From Candidatus Kaiserbacteria bacterium RIFOXYD1_FULL_47_14 (GTDB taxonomy: Bacteria; Patescibacteriota; Minisyncoccia; Phycocordibacterales; Phycocordibacteraceae): a stretch of 41,378 nt of DNA. The notes beneath the pieces were generated by a model. That model made no database searches and was not told the DNA's origin. It worked only from the letters and a program-made list of their open reading frames with translations. This document shows, in pieces, positions 16,301 to 24,792 of this stretch (position 1 is the stretch's first letter; each line of letters begins with the position of its first letter). The stretch is from contig MFMU01000009.1 in NCBI GenBank assembly GCA_001781915.1, forward strand, positions 7,449 to 48,826, read 5' to 3'. The translations under genes and the position numbers were made by a program.

Positions 16301-16554
16301 CTCAACCGGGTATGATGTTCATTCTGCCGGTACTGGTCGTATCAGCACGCGCCATTCTCACCAAGAGCGGCGAGAAAATGGCATTTCTCAAGTTAGAAGA
16401 TAAGACCGATTCGATCGAAGCGGTCCTCTTTCCGAAACTTTTTAAAGAACACGGAAGCGTTGTTGTACCTGGCACTTGTCTGCTCGTGAAGGGAAAGGTC
16501 TCAGTCAGAAACGGCGAACCCTCAATCGCGATTGAAGAACTCAAAATGCTTTAA
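13366..16554 (+). CDS. dnaE: DNA polymerase III alpha subunit
   Basis: MASRFIHLHTHSHYSFLQA is a PHP-domain N-terminus. Also present are PDIDMDM, GVHAAGVVVSP, KFDFLGIKNL and FNKAHAASYG, with an OB-fold C-terminus. The start at 13366 is preferred over 13312, which reads through the promoter and palindrome. Confidence 0.95.
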   Translation: MASRFIHLHTHSHYSFLQALPKIDELVEKAKKEGMEAVGLTDGGNMHGAIEFYKAATKAGIKPILGVDAYLAPRSRREPEQNADIKRSRIVLLAENNTGYKNLLAIVTKSWTEGFSEKPRVDKELLREYHTGVIALIPSFAGDIAQCLRAGDTNGAAAALAEFKDIFGADNVFLEITHHPKVEGHEALMQKIIALARQNSTPLVAQNDVYYLDPSDREATEIMRRIQHGGRGRNEDEDFSFISEKTAEKLFKDTPEAIDNSKLIADRCNLSFDLGKWTFPAVPVSPGFKNHDEELRAKSYAGIATRHLEETKEVTDRIDYELNIINNKGFAVYYLIVADLLAFARRAGIFTTTRGSAAGSLVAYLVGITNVNPLFYKLPFERFLNPERPKAPDIDMDMADNRRDEMIAYTKQKYGEDHVAQIGTFGTMMARAAVRDVARALGHSYTTGDRIAKLIPIGSQGFPMTIDRALELEPDLKSLYDEDDESREVIDLAKRIEGCVRHVGVHAAGVVVSPTPLIEWTPIQPDPKGTGKLITQYDMYSITDEYGGVGLLKFDFLGIKNLAILADAVSCVKQTQHVVVDIENVPINDTKTFEMLARGETEGVFQLNGSGMTRWLKELRPTTIHDINAMVALYRPGPMETIPQYIERKHNPKLIRFVDSRMKSYLDFSYGLLVYQDDVLLTAIKLGGYSWLEADALRKAMGKKIPAVMQAEKQKLTRGFIGYGKLSEDTAQKLWQLIEPFAAYGFNKAHAASYGKVAYQTAYMKANYPVEYLAALLTADSGDTEQIAIFVAEAKRMNVLVLPPDVNESGSNFTVVHIETGGEGIRFGLSSIKNFGDGISEAIISERKNHGVFKTLSDFLSRIGTKNLNRRSLESLIKCGALDSLTPPENGRGTLLENIETMLSFHRESTATAPQDSLFGALIAPPPLVLPPGKHSSLLDKLSWEKELLGIYVSGHPLDAHAAITAKAKLSIAKIKENPQPGMMFILPVLVVSARAILTKSGEKMAFLKLEDKTDSIEAVLFPKLFKEHGSVVVPGTCLLVKGKVSVRNGEPSIAIEELKML

Positions 16555-16561
16555 TTTGTGG

Positions 16562-16567
16562 TATATT
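16562..16567 (+). promoter_or_regulatory. Extended -10 box TGgTATATT, 8 nt before the thrS ATG
   Basis: The plus strand reads TGGTATATT ttgaggat ATG(16576). Confidence 0.45.
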
Positions 16568-16575
16568 TTGAGGAT

Positions 16576-18378
16576 ATGATTTCTATTGAAGAAAAACGAC
16601 ATACGCTCGCTCACCTGCTTGCAGCCGCGGTTATAAATCTTCATAAAGATAAAGAAGCAGCCATTCAACTCGCTATTGGTCCTGTTATTGACGATGGATT
16701 TTACTACGACATTCAGTTCGGTCCGGAGATAAAAATTTCTTCTGAAGATCTCCCGCGTATTGAGAAAAAAATGCGAGAAATCTTAAAGACATGGACGAAG
16801 ATGGAGAGAAAAGAAATCGACGAGCAGACAGCAAAAAGCTGGGCGGGAGCAAATACTTTCAAACACGAACTTATTAATGAGATTCTTGCACGAGGAGAGA
16901 AGGTAATTTTCTATACTGCAGGCGATTTTACTGACCTATGCGGCGGAGGGCACTCGGAAAATCCAGCAAAGGATATTGCGCCCGACTCATTCACGCTCGA
17001 TCGTGTTGCTGGCGCATACTGGCGCGGTGACGAAAAAAATCCAATGCTCACACGCATTTATGGTCTTGCGTTTGATACAAAAGAAGAATTGGTTGCTTAC
17101 CGAGTACAGCAAGAAGAAGCAAAGAAACGCGACCATCGCAAATTAGGCAAAGAGCTAGATTTGTTCCATATAGACGAAATGGTAGGATTAGGTCTTCCAC
17201 TTTGGCATCCGAAAGGCGCACTCCTCTGGCGAATCATCGAAGATTTTTGGTATAACGCACATTTGAAGAACGGATATGGACTTGTGCGTTCGCCTCATAT
17301 CGGCAACCGCATTCTCTGGGAAACTTCCGGGCATTGGGGTTTCTATAACGCTTCTATGTACCCGCCAATGGAAGTCGGCCAATCGCTTGAAGATCGCCAG
17401 CAAAATAAAAAGACAGAGAACTCTGAAGAGTATCTGCTTAAACCAATGAATTGTCCTTTTCATGTGCAAATTTATAAAAATGACAAATATTCATATCGCG
17501 AACTCCCAATGCGCTGGGCAGAATGTGGCACAGTATATCGCTATGAAAAGAAAGGCGAGCTGTCCGGATTAACTCGCGTTCGTGGCTTTACTCAAGATGA
17601 CGCACATATCATCTGTCGTGCTGATCAGGCAGAAGATGAACTTGAGCGAGTCATTGATTTCATCCTGTTTATGTATAAATCGTTCGGCTTTGACCTTAAG
17701 AGTGTGAATGTCTATCTTTCTGTGCGAGATCCGCAAAACAACAAATACGCGGGTACCGATGAGGGTTGGAATTTTACTGAAAATATTTTGGAAAAGATAG
17801 CCATCAAGAAAGGATTTGCTTATCAAAAGGATATTGGCGGAGCAGTCTTCTACGGACCAAAGCTTGACTTCAAGATAAAAGATGCCCTGGGCCGCGAATG
17901 GCAATGTTCAACTTTGCAATTCGATTTTAATTTACCAGAAAGATTTAAGATGTCTTTCATTAGCCAAAATGGTCAAGAAGAACAACCTTACATGCTACAC
18001 AGAGCTCTTTTCGGTTCTTTTGAACGCTTTATTGGCTTGCTTATTGAGCATTATGGCGGGGCATTCCCTCTATGGCTCGCACCCATTCAAGTAAAAGTTT
18101 TGAGTGTGTCTGAAAAACACGCGAGCTATGCGCAAGAAATTGCTGCAGCGTTAAAAGCGGAAAACATTCGCGCAGAGGCAGATGACTCAAACGAATCGCT
18201 CGGCAAGAAAATACGCGAAGCGAAGATGGAAAAAATCCCCTATCTCCTCGTCGTCGGCGATAAAGAAGTTGAAGCAAAAACTATCTCCATAGACAGCCGT
18301 GACAATGGAAAATTGGATACCACTTCTCTTACCGACTTCATCGCCCGCGCAACTTCAGAAATCAAAATTCATGCATAA
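16576..18378 (+). CDS. thrS: Threonyl-tRNA synthetase lacking the N-terminal TGS domain
   Basis: The protein starts at the editing-domain motif RHTLAHLLAAAV. The class II core (KPMNCPFHVQIY, YRYEKKGELSGLTRVRGFTQDDAHI, LHRALFGSFERF) and the anticodon-binding C-terminus are present. The track start at 16558 is a GTG; the ATG at 16576 fits the -10 spacing. Confidence 0.92.
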   Translation: MISIEEKRHTLAHLLAAAVINLHKDKEAAIQLAIGPVIDDGFYYDIQFGPEIKISSEDLPRIEKKMREILKTWTKMERKEIDEQTAKSWAGANTFKHELINEILARGEKVIFYTAGDFTDLCGGGHSENPAKDIAPDSFTLDRVAGAYWRGDEKNPMLTRIYGLAFDTKEELVAYRVQQEEAKKRDHRKLGKELDLFHIDEMVGLGLPLWHPKGALLWRIIEDFWYNAHLKNGYGLVRSPHIGNRILWETSGHWGFYNASMYPPMEVGQSLEDRQQNKKTENSEEYLLKPMNCPFHVQIYKNDKYSYRELPMRWAECGTVYRYEKKGELSGLTRVRGFTQDDAHIICRADQAEDELERVIDFILFMYKSFGFDLKSVNVYLSVRDPQNNKYAGTDEGWNFTENILEKIAIKKGFAYQKDIGGAVFYGPKLDFKIKDALGREWQCSTLQFDFNLPERFKMSFISQNGQEEQPYMLHRALFGSFERFIGLLIEHYGGAFPLWLAPIQVKVLSVSEKHASYAQEIAAALKAENIRAEADDSNESLGKKIREAKMEKIPYLLVVGDKEVEAKTISIDSRDNGKLDTTSLTDFIARATSEIKIHA

Positions 18379-18417
18379 AAGGGAAGTCTGGGTTCCTTAT
18401 TTCTTGTTTTAAAAAAA

Positions 18418-20499
18418 CTACAAATCCACAGTCGCCATTTTTGCGTTGGACTGGATGAATGATTTGCGCGAAGCGACATCGGTGCCCATAAGAATATCAA
18501 AAATGCGGTCGGCTGCAGCCGCGTCGTCAGTCGTCACCCGCTTCAGCACTCTTCGTGCCGGATTCATCGTGGTCTCCCAGAGCTCGCTTGGGTTCATTTC
18601 GCCGAGGCCCTTATAGCGCTGAATGTTCACCTTGGTCGATTTCTTTGTTGCTACTTTTTCTTCCTCTGCTTCGATCTCTTCCGCTAGCTCTGCTGATTCG
18701 TCGTCTGGATTCACCTCCTGCACTTCGCTCGCCGCGACACCAAGCTCTTTCAGAACTTCTTCTTTTTCTTTATCCGAATAGGCATACGCCATCGACTTCC
18801 CTTTGGTGATTTTATAGAGCGGCGGCTGGGCGATATAGACGAAGCCGCCTTCAATAATCGGTTTGAAATGACGATAGAGAAGCGTCAGAAGCAGCGTGCG
18901 AATGTGCGCACCGTCTACATCGGCATCGGTCGCGATGATAATTTTATGGTAACGCAGTTTCGAAATATCAAATATGTCGCCGATGGCAGTGCCCATCGCG
19001 ACGATGAGCGCGCGAATCTCGACCGAAGCGAGCATACGGTCGATGCGCGCGCGTTCTACATTCAAGATCTTTCCGCGCAGCGGTAGAATCGCTTGTGTAC
19101 GACGGTCTCTGCCCTGTTTGCTCGAACCACCGGCTGAATCGCCCTCCACGATGAAGAGCTCGCCTTCTTCAGCGCTCTTGGTCTGACAGTCGGCAAGCTT
19201 CCCTGGTAAAGTCATTCCTTCGAGCGCACCCTTGCGCAACACCGAATCTTTTGCAGCTTTCGCTGCCTTGCGCGCCTTGAGGGCGAGCAGAACTTTATTA
19301 ATAATAGCGCGTGCATCATCAGGATTCTCTTCGAGGAAGGCCGCGAGCGCTTCACCGAAGACCGTCGCGACAGCGCCCTGCGCCTCGACCGAGCCGAGTT
19401 TACTCTTCGTCTGCCCTTCGAACTGAATCTCAGGAAGCTTCACTGAGACCACCGCCGTGATGCCTTCGAGCACATCATCGCCCGTGAAGTTCTCATCCTT
19501 CTCTTTCAGAATATTCGCGTTCCTGCCATAGGTATTCAGAGAACGCGTGAGCGCGGTCTTAAAGCCGGTGATATGCGTACCGCCTTCGCTGTTATAGGTA
19601 TTATTCGCGAAGGCAGTGATACGCGGTGTGATGTCGTCAACATACTGAAGCGCAACTTCGACACCTACATTGTCCTGTTCGTGGTCGACATAAAAAATAT
19701 TTTTATGCACCGGCGTCTGATGCTTATTATAGAAAGCAACAAGCGACTTCAGACCTCCTTCGAAATAGAAGGTCATCGACGGCACGCCGAGTGCCTGATC
19801 GCGCATAAATAACCCTTCGACTCCGCTCAGAATCTTCGCTTCGCTTTGACGCGCATCGACCACTGAAACGCGAACGCCTTTTATCAGATACGCCTGCTGG
19901 CGCACATGCGTAATAATTTTTTCCAAGTCCAATTCAATGCCTTCTTTAAAGATGACGGCATCCGGTTTGAAGATAACAATAGTGCCATGTTCTTTACTAG
20001 TGCCGATTTTCTTCACCTTCGCGACTGGCTTACCGATTTTATATTCCTGCACATGCATCCCGCCATCTTGATGCACAACCACTTTAGTATGTTCGGAGAG
20101 CGCATTCACAACTGACGCACCGACGCCGTGGAGACCGCCTGAGACCTTGTATGCTTCATTGTCGAATTTACCGCCCGCGTGGAGCGTCGTCATAATCGTC
20201 TCGAGCGCTGAGACCTTCGTCTTCGGATGAATGCCGACCGGAATGCCGTTGCCGTTATCCGCTACGCGCACATAATTATCGGGCAGAAGTGCTACCTCGA
20301 TATCATCACAACGACCCGCCATCGCCTCATCGCGCGCATTATCGAAGATTTCCCAGACGAGATGATGAAGCCCATCGGGACCGGTTGTCCCAATATACAT
20401 ACCCGGGCGCTTGCGCACTGGCTCGAGTCCTTCGAGAACAGTAATAGACGAGGCGTCGTACGCCTTCTTTTTGGGTTCTTTTTCAGTCGTTTTAGCCAT
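18418..20499 (-). CDS. gyrB: DNA gyrase subunit B
   Basis: MAKTTEKEPKKKAYDASSITVLEGLEPVRKRPGMYIGTTGPDGLHHLVWEIFDN is a GHKL N-terminus. Also present are the Toprim region (ELFIVEGDSAGGS, IIIATDADVDGAHI) and QRYKGLGEMNP. The upstream extension to 20607 has no homology and is rejected. Confidence 0.95.
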   Translation of the reverse strand: MAKTTEKEPKKKAYDASSITVLEGLEPVRKRPGMYIGTTGPDGLHHLVWEIFDNARDEAMAGRCDDIEVALLPDNYVRVADNGNGIPVGIHPKTKVSALETIMTTLHAGGKFDNEAYKVSGGLHGVGASVVNALSEHTKVVVHQDGGMHVQEYKIGKPVAKVKKIGTSKEHGTIVIFKPDAVIFKEGIELDLEKIITHVRQQAYLIKGVRVSVVDARQSEAKILSGVEGLFMRDQALGVPSMTFYFEGGLKSLVAFYNKHQTPVHKNIFYVDHEQDNVGVEVALQYVDDITPRITAFANNTYNSEGGTHITGFKTALTRSLNTYGRNANILKEKDENFTGDDVLEGITAVVSVKLPEIQFEGQTKSKLGSVEAQGAVATVFGEALAAFLEENPDDARAIINKVLLALKARKAAKAAKDSVLRKGALEGMTLPGKLADCQTKSAEEGELFIVEGDSAGGSSKQGRDRRTQAILPLRGKILNVERARIDRMLASVEIRALIVAMGTAIGDIFDISKLRYHKIIIATDADVDGAHIRTLLLTLLYRHFKPIIEGGFVYIAQPPLYKITKGKSMAYAYSDKEKEEVLKELGVAASEVQEVNPDDESAELAEEIEAEEEKVATKKSTKVNIQRYKGLGEMNPSELWETTMNPARRVLKRVTTDDAAAADRIFDILMGTDVASRKSFIQSNAKMATVDL

Positions 20500-20526
20500 A
20501 AAAATAGCCGATTTTCGGTTACTTCT

Positions 20527-20532
20527 AGTATA
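20527..20532 (-). promoter_or_regulatory. -10-like box TATACT, 27 nt before the gyrB ATG
   Basis: The minus strand reads TGCTATACT followed by a 27-nt leader and ATG(20499). Confidence 0.35.
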
Positions 20533-20668
20533 GCATAAATCAACGCATTTTTCTCCTCTGTTATTTGGTGAAAAATGATCGCTCTTGGGGCTACTGACAA
20601 AATACACTCTATGGTATATGATGTAAAGAGTTGGTAGTTCTCACATCGTAATAGAAAGGTGGTCGGCG

Positions 20669-20767
20669 ATGGTTGGGAAAGATATTCCCTACAGATTGTT
20701 TTGGTTTATTGTAGCTGCAGGAATTATACTAATCGCTGGATTCATTATTTCTGTCATCAGCAAATAA
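20669..20767 (+). CDS. Speculative small membrane peptide (32 aa)
   Basis: The peptide is MVGKDIPYRLFWFIVAAGIILIAGFIISVISK, preceded by AAAGGTGG. It has one hydrophobic helix. The first codons overlap a degenerate REP-B-like sequence, so the ORF may be spurious. Confidence 0.25.
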   Translation: MVGKDIPYRLFWFIVAAGIILIAGFIISVISK

Positions 20768-20779
20768 AAAGGAGAGATC

Positions 20780-20923
20780 ATGGAGAATGTGGTCATCGGC
20801 GCCGACACATTTGAAAATTTCTTGCTGGAAACGGGAACGGAAGCACTGGTTCTCGTTGTCGACGCAACAGATGTTGTCGGTGAAATCGAACGGCACCTCA
20901 TCTGTCGTGGTAATGATGGATGA
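20780..20923 (+). CDS. Speculative small ORF (47 aa)
   Basis: The peptide is MENVVIGADTFENFLLETGTEALVLVVDATDVVGEIERHLICRGNDG. AAAGGAGAG lies 4 nt upstream and the hairpin at 20931-20966 follows. The ORF is below the length cut-off of the ORF track. Confidence 0.3.
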   Translation: MENVVIGADTFENFLLETGTEALVLVVDATDVVGEIERHLICRGNDG

Positions 20924-20930
20924 CGAGACA

Positions 20931-20966
20931 GAACCCCGGATTGGCCAATCGGCTAATCCGGGGTTC
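20931..20966. terminator. 12-bp-stem hairpin between the convergent small ORF and pheT (bidirectional terminator candidate)
   Basis: GAACCCCGGATT ggccaatcggct AATCCGGGGTTC, followed by ATTATTTTTAT on the plus strand. Confidence 0.6.
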
Positions 20967-20981
20967 ATTATTTTTATAGCG

Positions 20982-22760
20982 TTAGCGAACCTCGTATTTC
21001 TTTTCGGTAAGTGCTTCGGTAATTTTCTGCATAATAACATTCACTTCATCATCAGTGAGCGTCCGATCGAATGATTGGAAGACGAGGCGGAATGCGAGCG
21101 AGGTCTTCCCTTCTTTCTCAAATCGATCAAACTGGTCGAGACGAATCAAAAATTCTCCTGCGTTTTCACGAATGATGGATCTCGTAAGTCCATCATCGGC
21201 GTCGCTCGGCAGCCAGAGCGCGATGTCTCGCGTAATAAACGGATAGAGAGAAAATGGTTTATACGCGCCTAGATGATACTGTTTTGGTTCATAATTTTCA
21301 TCATCTTGTATCGCCGGCAATCCGGGCACTGGCTCTGATGTTTCAACTGCAAGTTTCTCGCCGTCTTTGGTGAAAATAGTGCCGATTTCAAAAAGCTTCG
21401 GCTTTTCATTTGGTGCGAGCACCAACGGCGCAAAATATTTTGCGCGTTCGAGTGCTTCTTTCATATTCTCGCTCAAAGTAGCGCGCAATGCTGGTTTCGT
21501 CTTATCGAGCGGATTCGCCAATATAATGTCGCCCTTCTTCGCGAATGATTGTGTCGAAATCTCCGTAAAGCCGTGGTCAATCAGAAAGTCCTTCACACGC
21601 TCGATGCCACGATAGCGCGCTTGATTCGGCTTCTCAGCAGCAGGAGGAAGTTCGACTATTGATACTCGATCATATCCAAGAATGCGACCAACTTCTTCGA
21701 TGAGATCTTCAGGAATCTGAATATCGTTTCGCTCGAAAGACGGTGTAACCGTAAAGGTTTCGCCATCTATTTTGGTATCTAAATCAAGTCGTCTGAACGC
21801 ATCAGCAACTTCTTCTTTTGAAAAATTCACTCCGAGAACGCCATTAATCTTCGCGAGCGACACAGAGACCTCCTGAATCTTTTCTGAACGAGTCGGGTAT
21901 ACATCTATAACACCTATGACTTCCCCGCCGGCAATTTCTTGAATGAGTGCAAGCACATCGCGCATACCATATGCAGCGAGTTCCGGCGACGGACGATTCT
22001 GAAAACGGAGTGATGCCTCGGTCGGAAGCTTCAATGCTTGTGCCGCACGGCGAATGGTCGTGCAGTCGAAGTTAGCTGATTCAACAACAATGTCAGTTGT
22101 TGCAGAAGTAATTTCTGCATGCATGCCACCCTTAACGCCCGCGATACCAATCGGAATATCTGCATTCTCGTCAGTGATGAGAAGTGTGCCCTCGGGCAAA
22201 ATAAATTCTTCTCCTGAAAGCGTCGTGATTTTTTCTTCCTTCTTCGCGCCGCGCACGCCGATAGTAAACGCCTCATCTTTTTCTACCAATTTCGTCGCAT
22301 CAAAAGCGTGCATCGGCTGACCAATGTTGAGCATCACGAAATTCGTCGCATCGACGATGTTGTTTATGGAGCGCTGACCGACTGCTTCAATCGCTTCTCT
22401 AAGCCACATCGGCGACGGACCAATCTTCACCCCCTTCACGAGCGCGCCAACATACCGCAAGCATTTCTTTCCATCTTCAATCTCAACTCTTAAGTGGGGA
22501 CTTACGAAGTCCCCATTTTGGATGGGCGTACGAAGCGGATCGTTCTTGAATGGAAGGTCGAGTATCGCCGCAAGATCTTTCGCGATGCCCCGATGACAGA
22601 GACAGTCCGCCGCGCGATTCGGCAGAACTTTCACATCCATTCTATCTCCATCCTGCTCCTCTATCTCGAAAGAATGAAAAGTGAAAGCGTCAGTAACGAC
22701 ATCTGCCGAAGGCAGCGGCTGGTCAAAATATTTCTGTAGCCAATTTCGTGAGACAATCAT
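20982..22760 (-). CDS. pheT: Phenylalanyl-tRNA synthetase beta subunit (short form, 592 aa)
   Basis: MIVSRNWLQKYF is a typical PheT N-terminus. The B3/4 region (CLRYVGALVKGVKIGPSPMWL), the B5 region and a C-terminal FDX-ACB-like domain are present. The 5' end overlaps the pheS stop by 4 nt. Confidence 0.9.
   Translation of the reverse strand: MIVSRNWLQKYFDQPLPSADVVTDAFTFHSFEIEEQDGDRMDVKVLPNRAADCLCHRGIAKDLAAILDLPFKNDPLRTPIQNGDFVSPHLRVEIEDGKKCLRYVGALVKGVKIGPSPMWLREAIEAVGQRSINNIVDATNFVMLNIGQPMHAFDATKLVEKDEAFTIGVRGAKKEEKITTLSGEEFILPEGTLLITDENADIPIGIAGVKGGMHAEITSATTDIVVESANFDCTTIRRAAQALKLPTEASLRFQNRPSPELAAYGMRDVLALIQEIAGGEVIGVIDVYPTRSEKIQEVSVSLAKINGVLGVNFSKEEVADAFRRLDLDTKIDGETFTVTPSFERNDIQIPEDLIEEVGRILGYDRVSIVELPPAAEKPNQARYRGIERVKDFLIDHGFTEISTQSFAKKGDIILANPLDKTKPALRATLSENMKEALERAKYFAPLVLAPNEKPKLFEIGTIFTKDGEKLAVETSEPVPGLPAIQDDENYEPKQYHLGAYKPFSLYPFITRDIALWLPSDADDGLTRSIIRENAGEFLIRLDQFDRFEKEGKTSLAFRLVFQSFDRTLTDDEVNVIMQKITEALTEKKYEVR
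22492..22518. repeat. REP-B-like palindrome in frame inside pheT
   Basis: AAGTGGGGACTT acg AAGTCCCCATTT forms a 12-bp stem including one G.T pair. It is translated on the minus strand as QNGDFVSPHL. The core GGGGACTTCG.AAGTCCCC resembles GGGACTTCCGA.ATCCC of REP-B. Confidence 0.6.
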
Positions 22761-23473
22761 ATCTTTTTTTCGTCGAATCCGTAAACGAATCGTATATCGC
22801 CAGAATGGAAAAGGCGGATGTCTGGAATGCCATACTTAATCATAACGAAACGCTCGATGCCGAGTCCGAATGCAAAACCTTGATATTTTGTTGCATCAAT
22901 CCCAGCATTCTCAAGCACTTTCGGATGCACCATACCGGCGCCCATCACTTCAAGCCATTTGTTTTGAGCCGAAAACCACACATCTACCTCAACTGACGGT
23001 TCAGTGAAGGGAAAGAAACTTGGACGCAAACGAACTTTTGCCTCACTTCCGAAATATTCTTTACAAAATCGTTCGAGTATGCCTTTTAAATGTCCAAGTG
23101 TAATGTTGGTATCAACCGCAAGACCTTCAAGCTGATAAAACTGCGCTTCGTGCGTCATATCAGTCGCTTCATTACGAAATACTTTTCCTGGCACAATAAT
23201 GCGCGTTGGTGCGCCATGTTTCTCAAGCCAGCGAATCTGCATAGGAGAAGTGTGTGTTCGCATAAGCTTGCGCTCCTCTCCTTCTTTTGTTTTTACCCAA
23301 AAGGTATCCCACATATCTCGCGAGGGATGGTCTGCAGGAATATTTAACGCATCGAAATTATAATGTTCGGTCTCAAGCTCTGGACCTTGAACAACACTGA
23401 AACCCATTCGGCCGAAGATATCCGCTATCTCGCGAATCGCGACTGAAATCGGGTGAAGCCGTCCCTCATGCAT
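22757..23473 (-). CDS. pheS: Phenylalanyl-tRNA synthetase alpha subunit, catalytic core only (238 aa)
   Basis: The protein starts at MHEGRLHPISVAIREI..., the point where the catalytic domain begins in full-length PheS. Present are NFDALNIPADHPSRDMWDTFW, FRNEA.D.THEAQFYQLEG and GAGMVHP. There is no room upstream for the usual N-terminal coiled coil. Confidence 0.9.
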   Translation of the reverse strand: MHEGRLHPISVAIREIADIFGRMGFSVVQGPELETEHYNFDALNIPADHPSRDMWDTFWVKTKEGEERKLMRTHTSPMQIRWLEKHGAPTRIIVPGKVFRNEATDMTHEAQFYQLEGLAVDTNITLGHLKGILERFCKEYFGSEAKVRLRPSFFPFTEPSVEVDVWFSAQNKWLEVMGAGMVHPKVLENAGIDATKYQGFAFGLGIERFVMIKYGIPDIRLFHSGDIRFVYGFDEKKI

Positions 23474-23481
23474 ATCTGGCT

Positions 23482-23487
23482 AGTATA
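23482..23487 (-). promoter_or_regulatory. -10 box TATACT, 8 nt before the pheS ATG; the palindromic AGTATACT may also serve the divergent GT2 gene
   Basis: The minus strand reads CAGTATACT agccagat ATG(23473). Confidence 0.45.
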
Positions 23488-23531
23488 CTGCATTTCTTCA
23501 GTAGAAAAAATGCCTGGAATCTGCTATTCTC

Positions 23532-24785
23532 ATGGTAATTATGGTGTGGAGTCCCGATGTCTATATTTATCCATTCCTCTTCTTAGCGCTCTATTTTGAG
23601 TCATTTTTGCTCGTAACCTTCCTCTCGAAGCCAGCGCGTATGCGACGCCTCAAGACGGCAGAACTCTCTGTGGTCCCTAATGTAGCGATTATCGTCCCGT
23701 GCTGGAATGAAGAGACAACTATCGCTGGTACGGTTGAATCATTGCTCGCGCTCGAATATCCGAAAGAAAAACTCTCACTTATTCTTATTAACGATGGGTC
23801 GACTGACGGCACTCCCGCCGTTATCGATCGCTTCGCCGAGCATCCGCAGATTACAACCATTCATAAAGAAAACGGCGGAAAGTTTACTGCTATGAATATT
23901 GGTATCGAACACGCGAAAGATGCCGAGCTTATCGGCTTTCTCGATGCCGATTCGTTTGTCGCGCCTGACTCTCTACGCGAGATTGTCGCCGCCTTCGATG
24001 CACCCGACATAGCAGCGGTCACTGCGTCAATGTCAATTCATAAACCCATTACCTTATTCCAACGAATGCAGTATGCCGAATATTCTCTTTCTATAACGCT
24101 TCGCCATGTATTTGCATCAATTAATGGTCTGTATGTCGCACCGGGACCTTTCTCATTCTATCGACGCTCTGTCTTCACTGAAATTGGACTGTTTAAACAC
24201 GCCTATCTTGCAGAAGATATGGAGATGTCGATGCGCGTTCAGCGCGCCGGGCTTCGCATCGGTAACGCGATCCGTGCACGCGTGTATACCAAAGGTCCTT
24301 CGACATTTCCGAAACTCCTCACTCAGCGCGTCCGCTGGACAACCGGATTCTTGCGCAATGCACTTTTCGACTATCGTGATTTGCTCGGTAATAAGAAAAA
24401 CAAAGTACTGGGTATGCTCGTTTTACCCTTTGCGCTCTATGCTGTCGTCGGTGGCATTTCCCTTTTTGTATATGGTTTGTACCAGACGATTACACACGGC
24501 CTTCACACTATTTCTATGGCACAAACCGTACCATTTTCTTTTCTGTTTTCTTGGCATCCGTTCAATTGGTTTTATCTCCCTTTCACCATCACCACACTAC
24601 TTGGCGCGGCACTAATGCTGAATGTTTTTGTTTGGATGATGTTGGGTAAATATCTCTCAAAAACACCCGGGAAACTCGTCTTGAATATTGCGATATTTAT
24701 TGTCCTCTATGGTATCGTCGCGCCGGTCTGGCTCATACGCTCGGTCTCTGATGTGGCACTTGGCACACGAACTCCGTGGCGCTAA
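23532..24785 (+). CDS. Family-2 glycosyltransferase, processive membrane synthase type
   Basis: Present are VAIIVPCWNEE, ILINDGSTDGT, FLDADS, EDMEMS and the QRVRW (Q-x-x-RW) motif, with N- and C-terminal transmembrane segments. An alternative start at 23541 is possible. Confidence 0.85.
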   Translation: MVIMVWSPDVYIYPFLFLALYFESFLLVTFLSKPARMRRLKTAELSVVPNVAIIVPCWNEETTIAGTVESLLALEYPKEKLSLILINDGSTDGTPAVIDRFAEHPQITTIHKENGGKFTAMNIGIEHAKDAELIGFLDADSFVAPDSLREIVAAFDAPDIAAVTASMSIHKPITLFQRMQYAEYSLSITLRHVFASINGLYVAPGPFSFYRRSVFTEIGLFKHAYLAEDMEMSMRVQRAGLRIGNAIRARVYTKGPSTFPKLLTQRVRWTTGFLRNALFDYRDLLGNKKNKVLGMLVLPFALYAVVGGISLFVYGLYQTITHGLHTISMAQTVPFSFLFSWHPFNWFYLPFTITTLLGAALMLNVFVWMMLGKYLSKTPGKLVLNIAIFIVLYGIVAPVWLIRSVSDVALGTRTPWR

Positions 24786-24792
24786 TATACTT

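Noticed and set aside
23305-23314. TATCCCACAT in pheS resembling the REP-B end (ATGTGGGATA on the coding strand)
   Set aside because: It encodes the universally conserved PheS motif DMWDTF. There is no dyad partner nearby, so the resemblance is coincidental.
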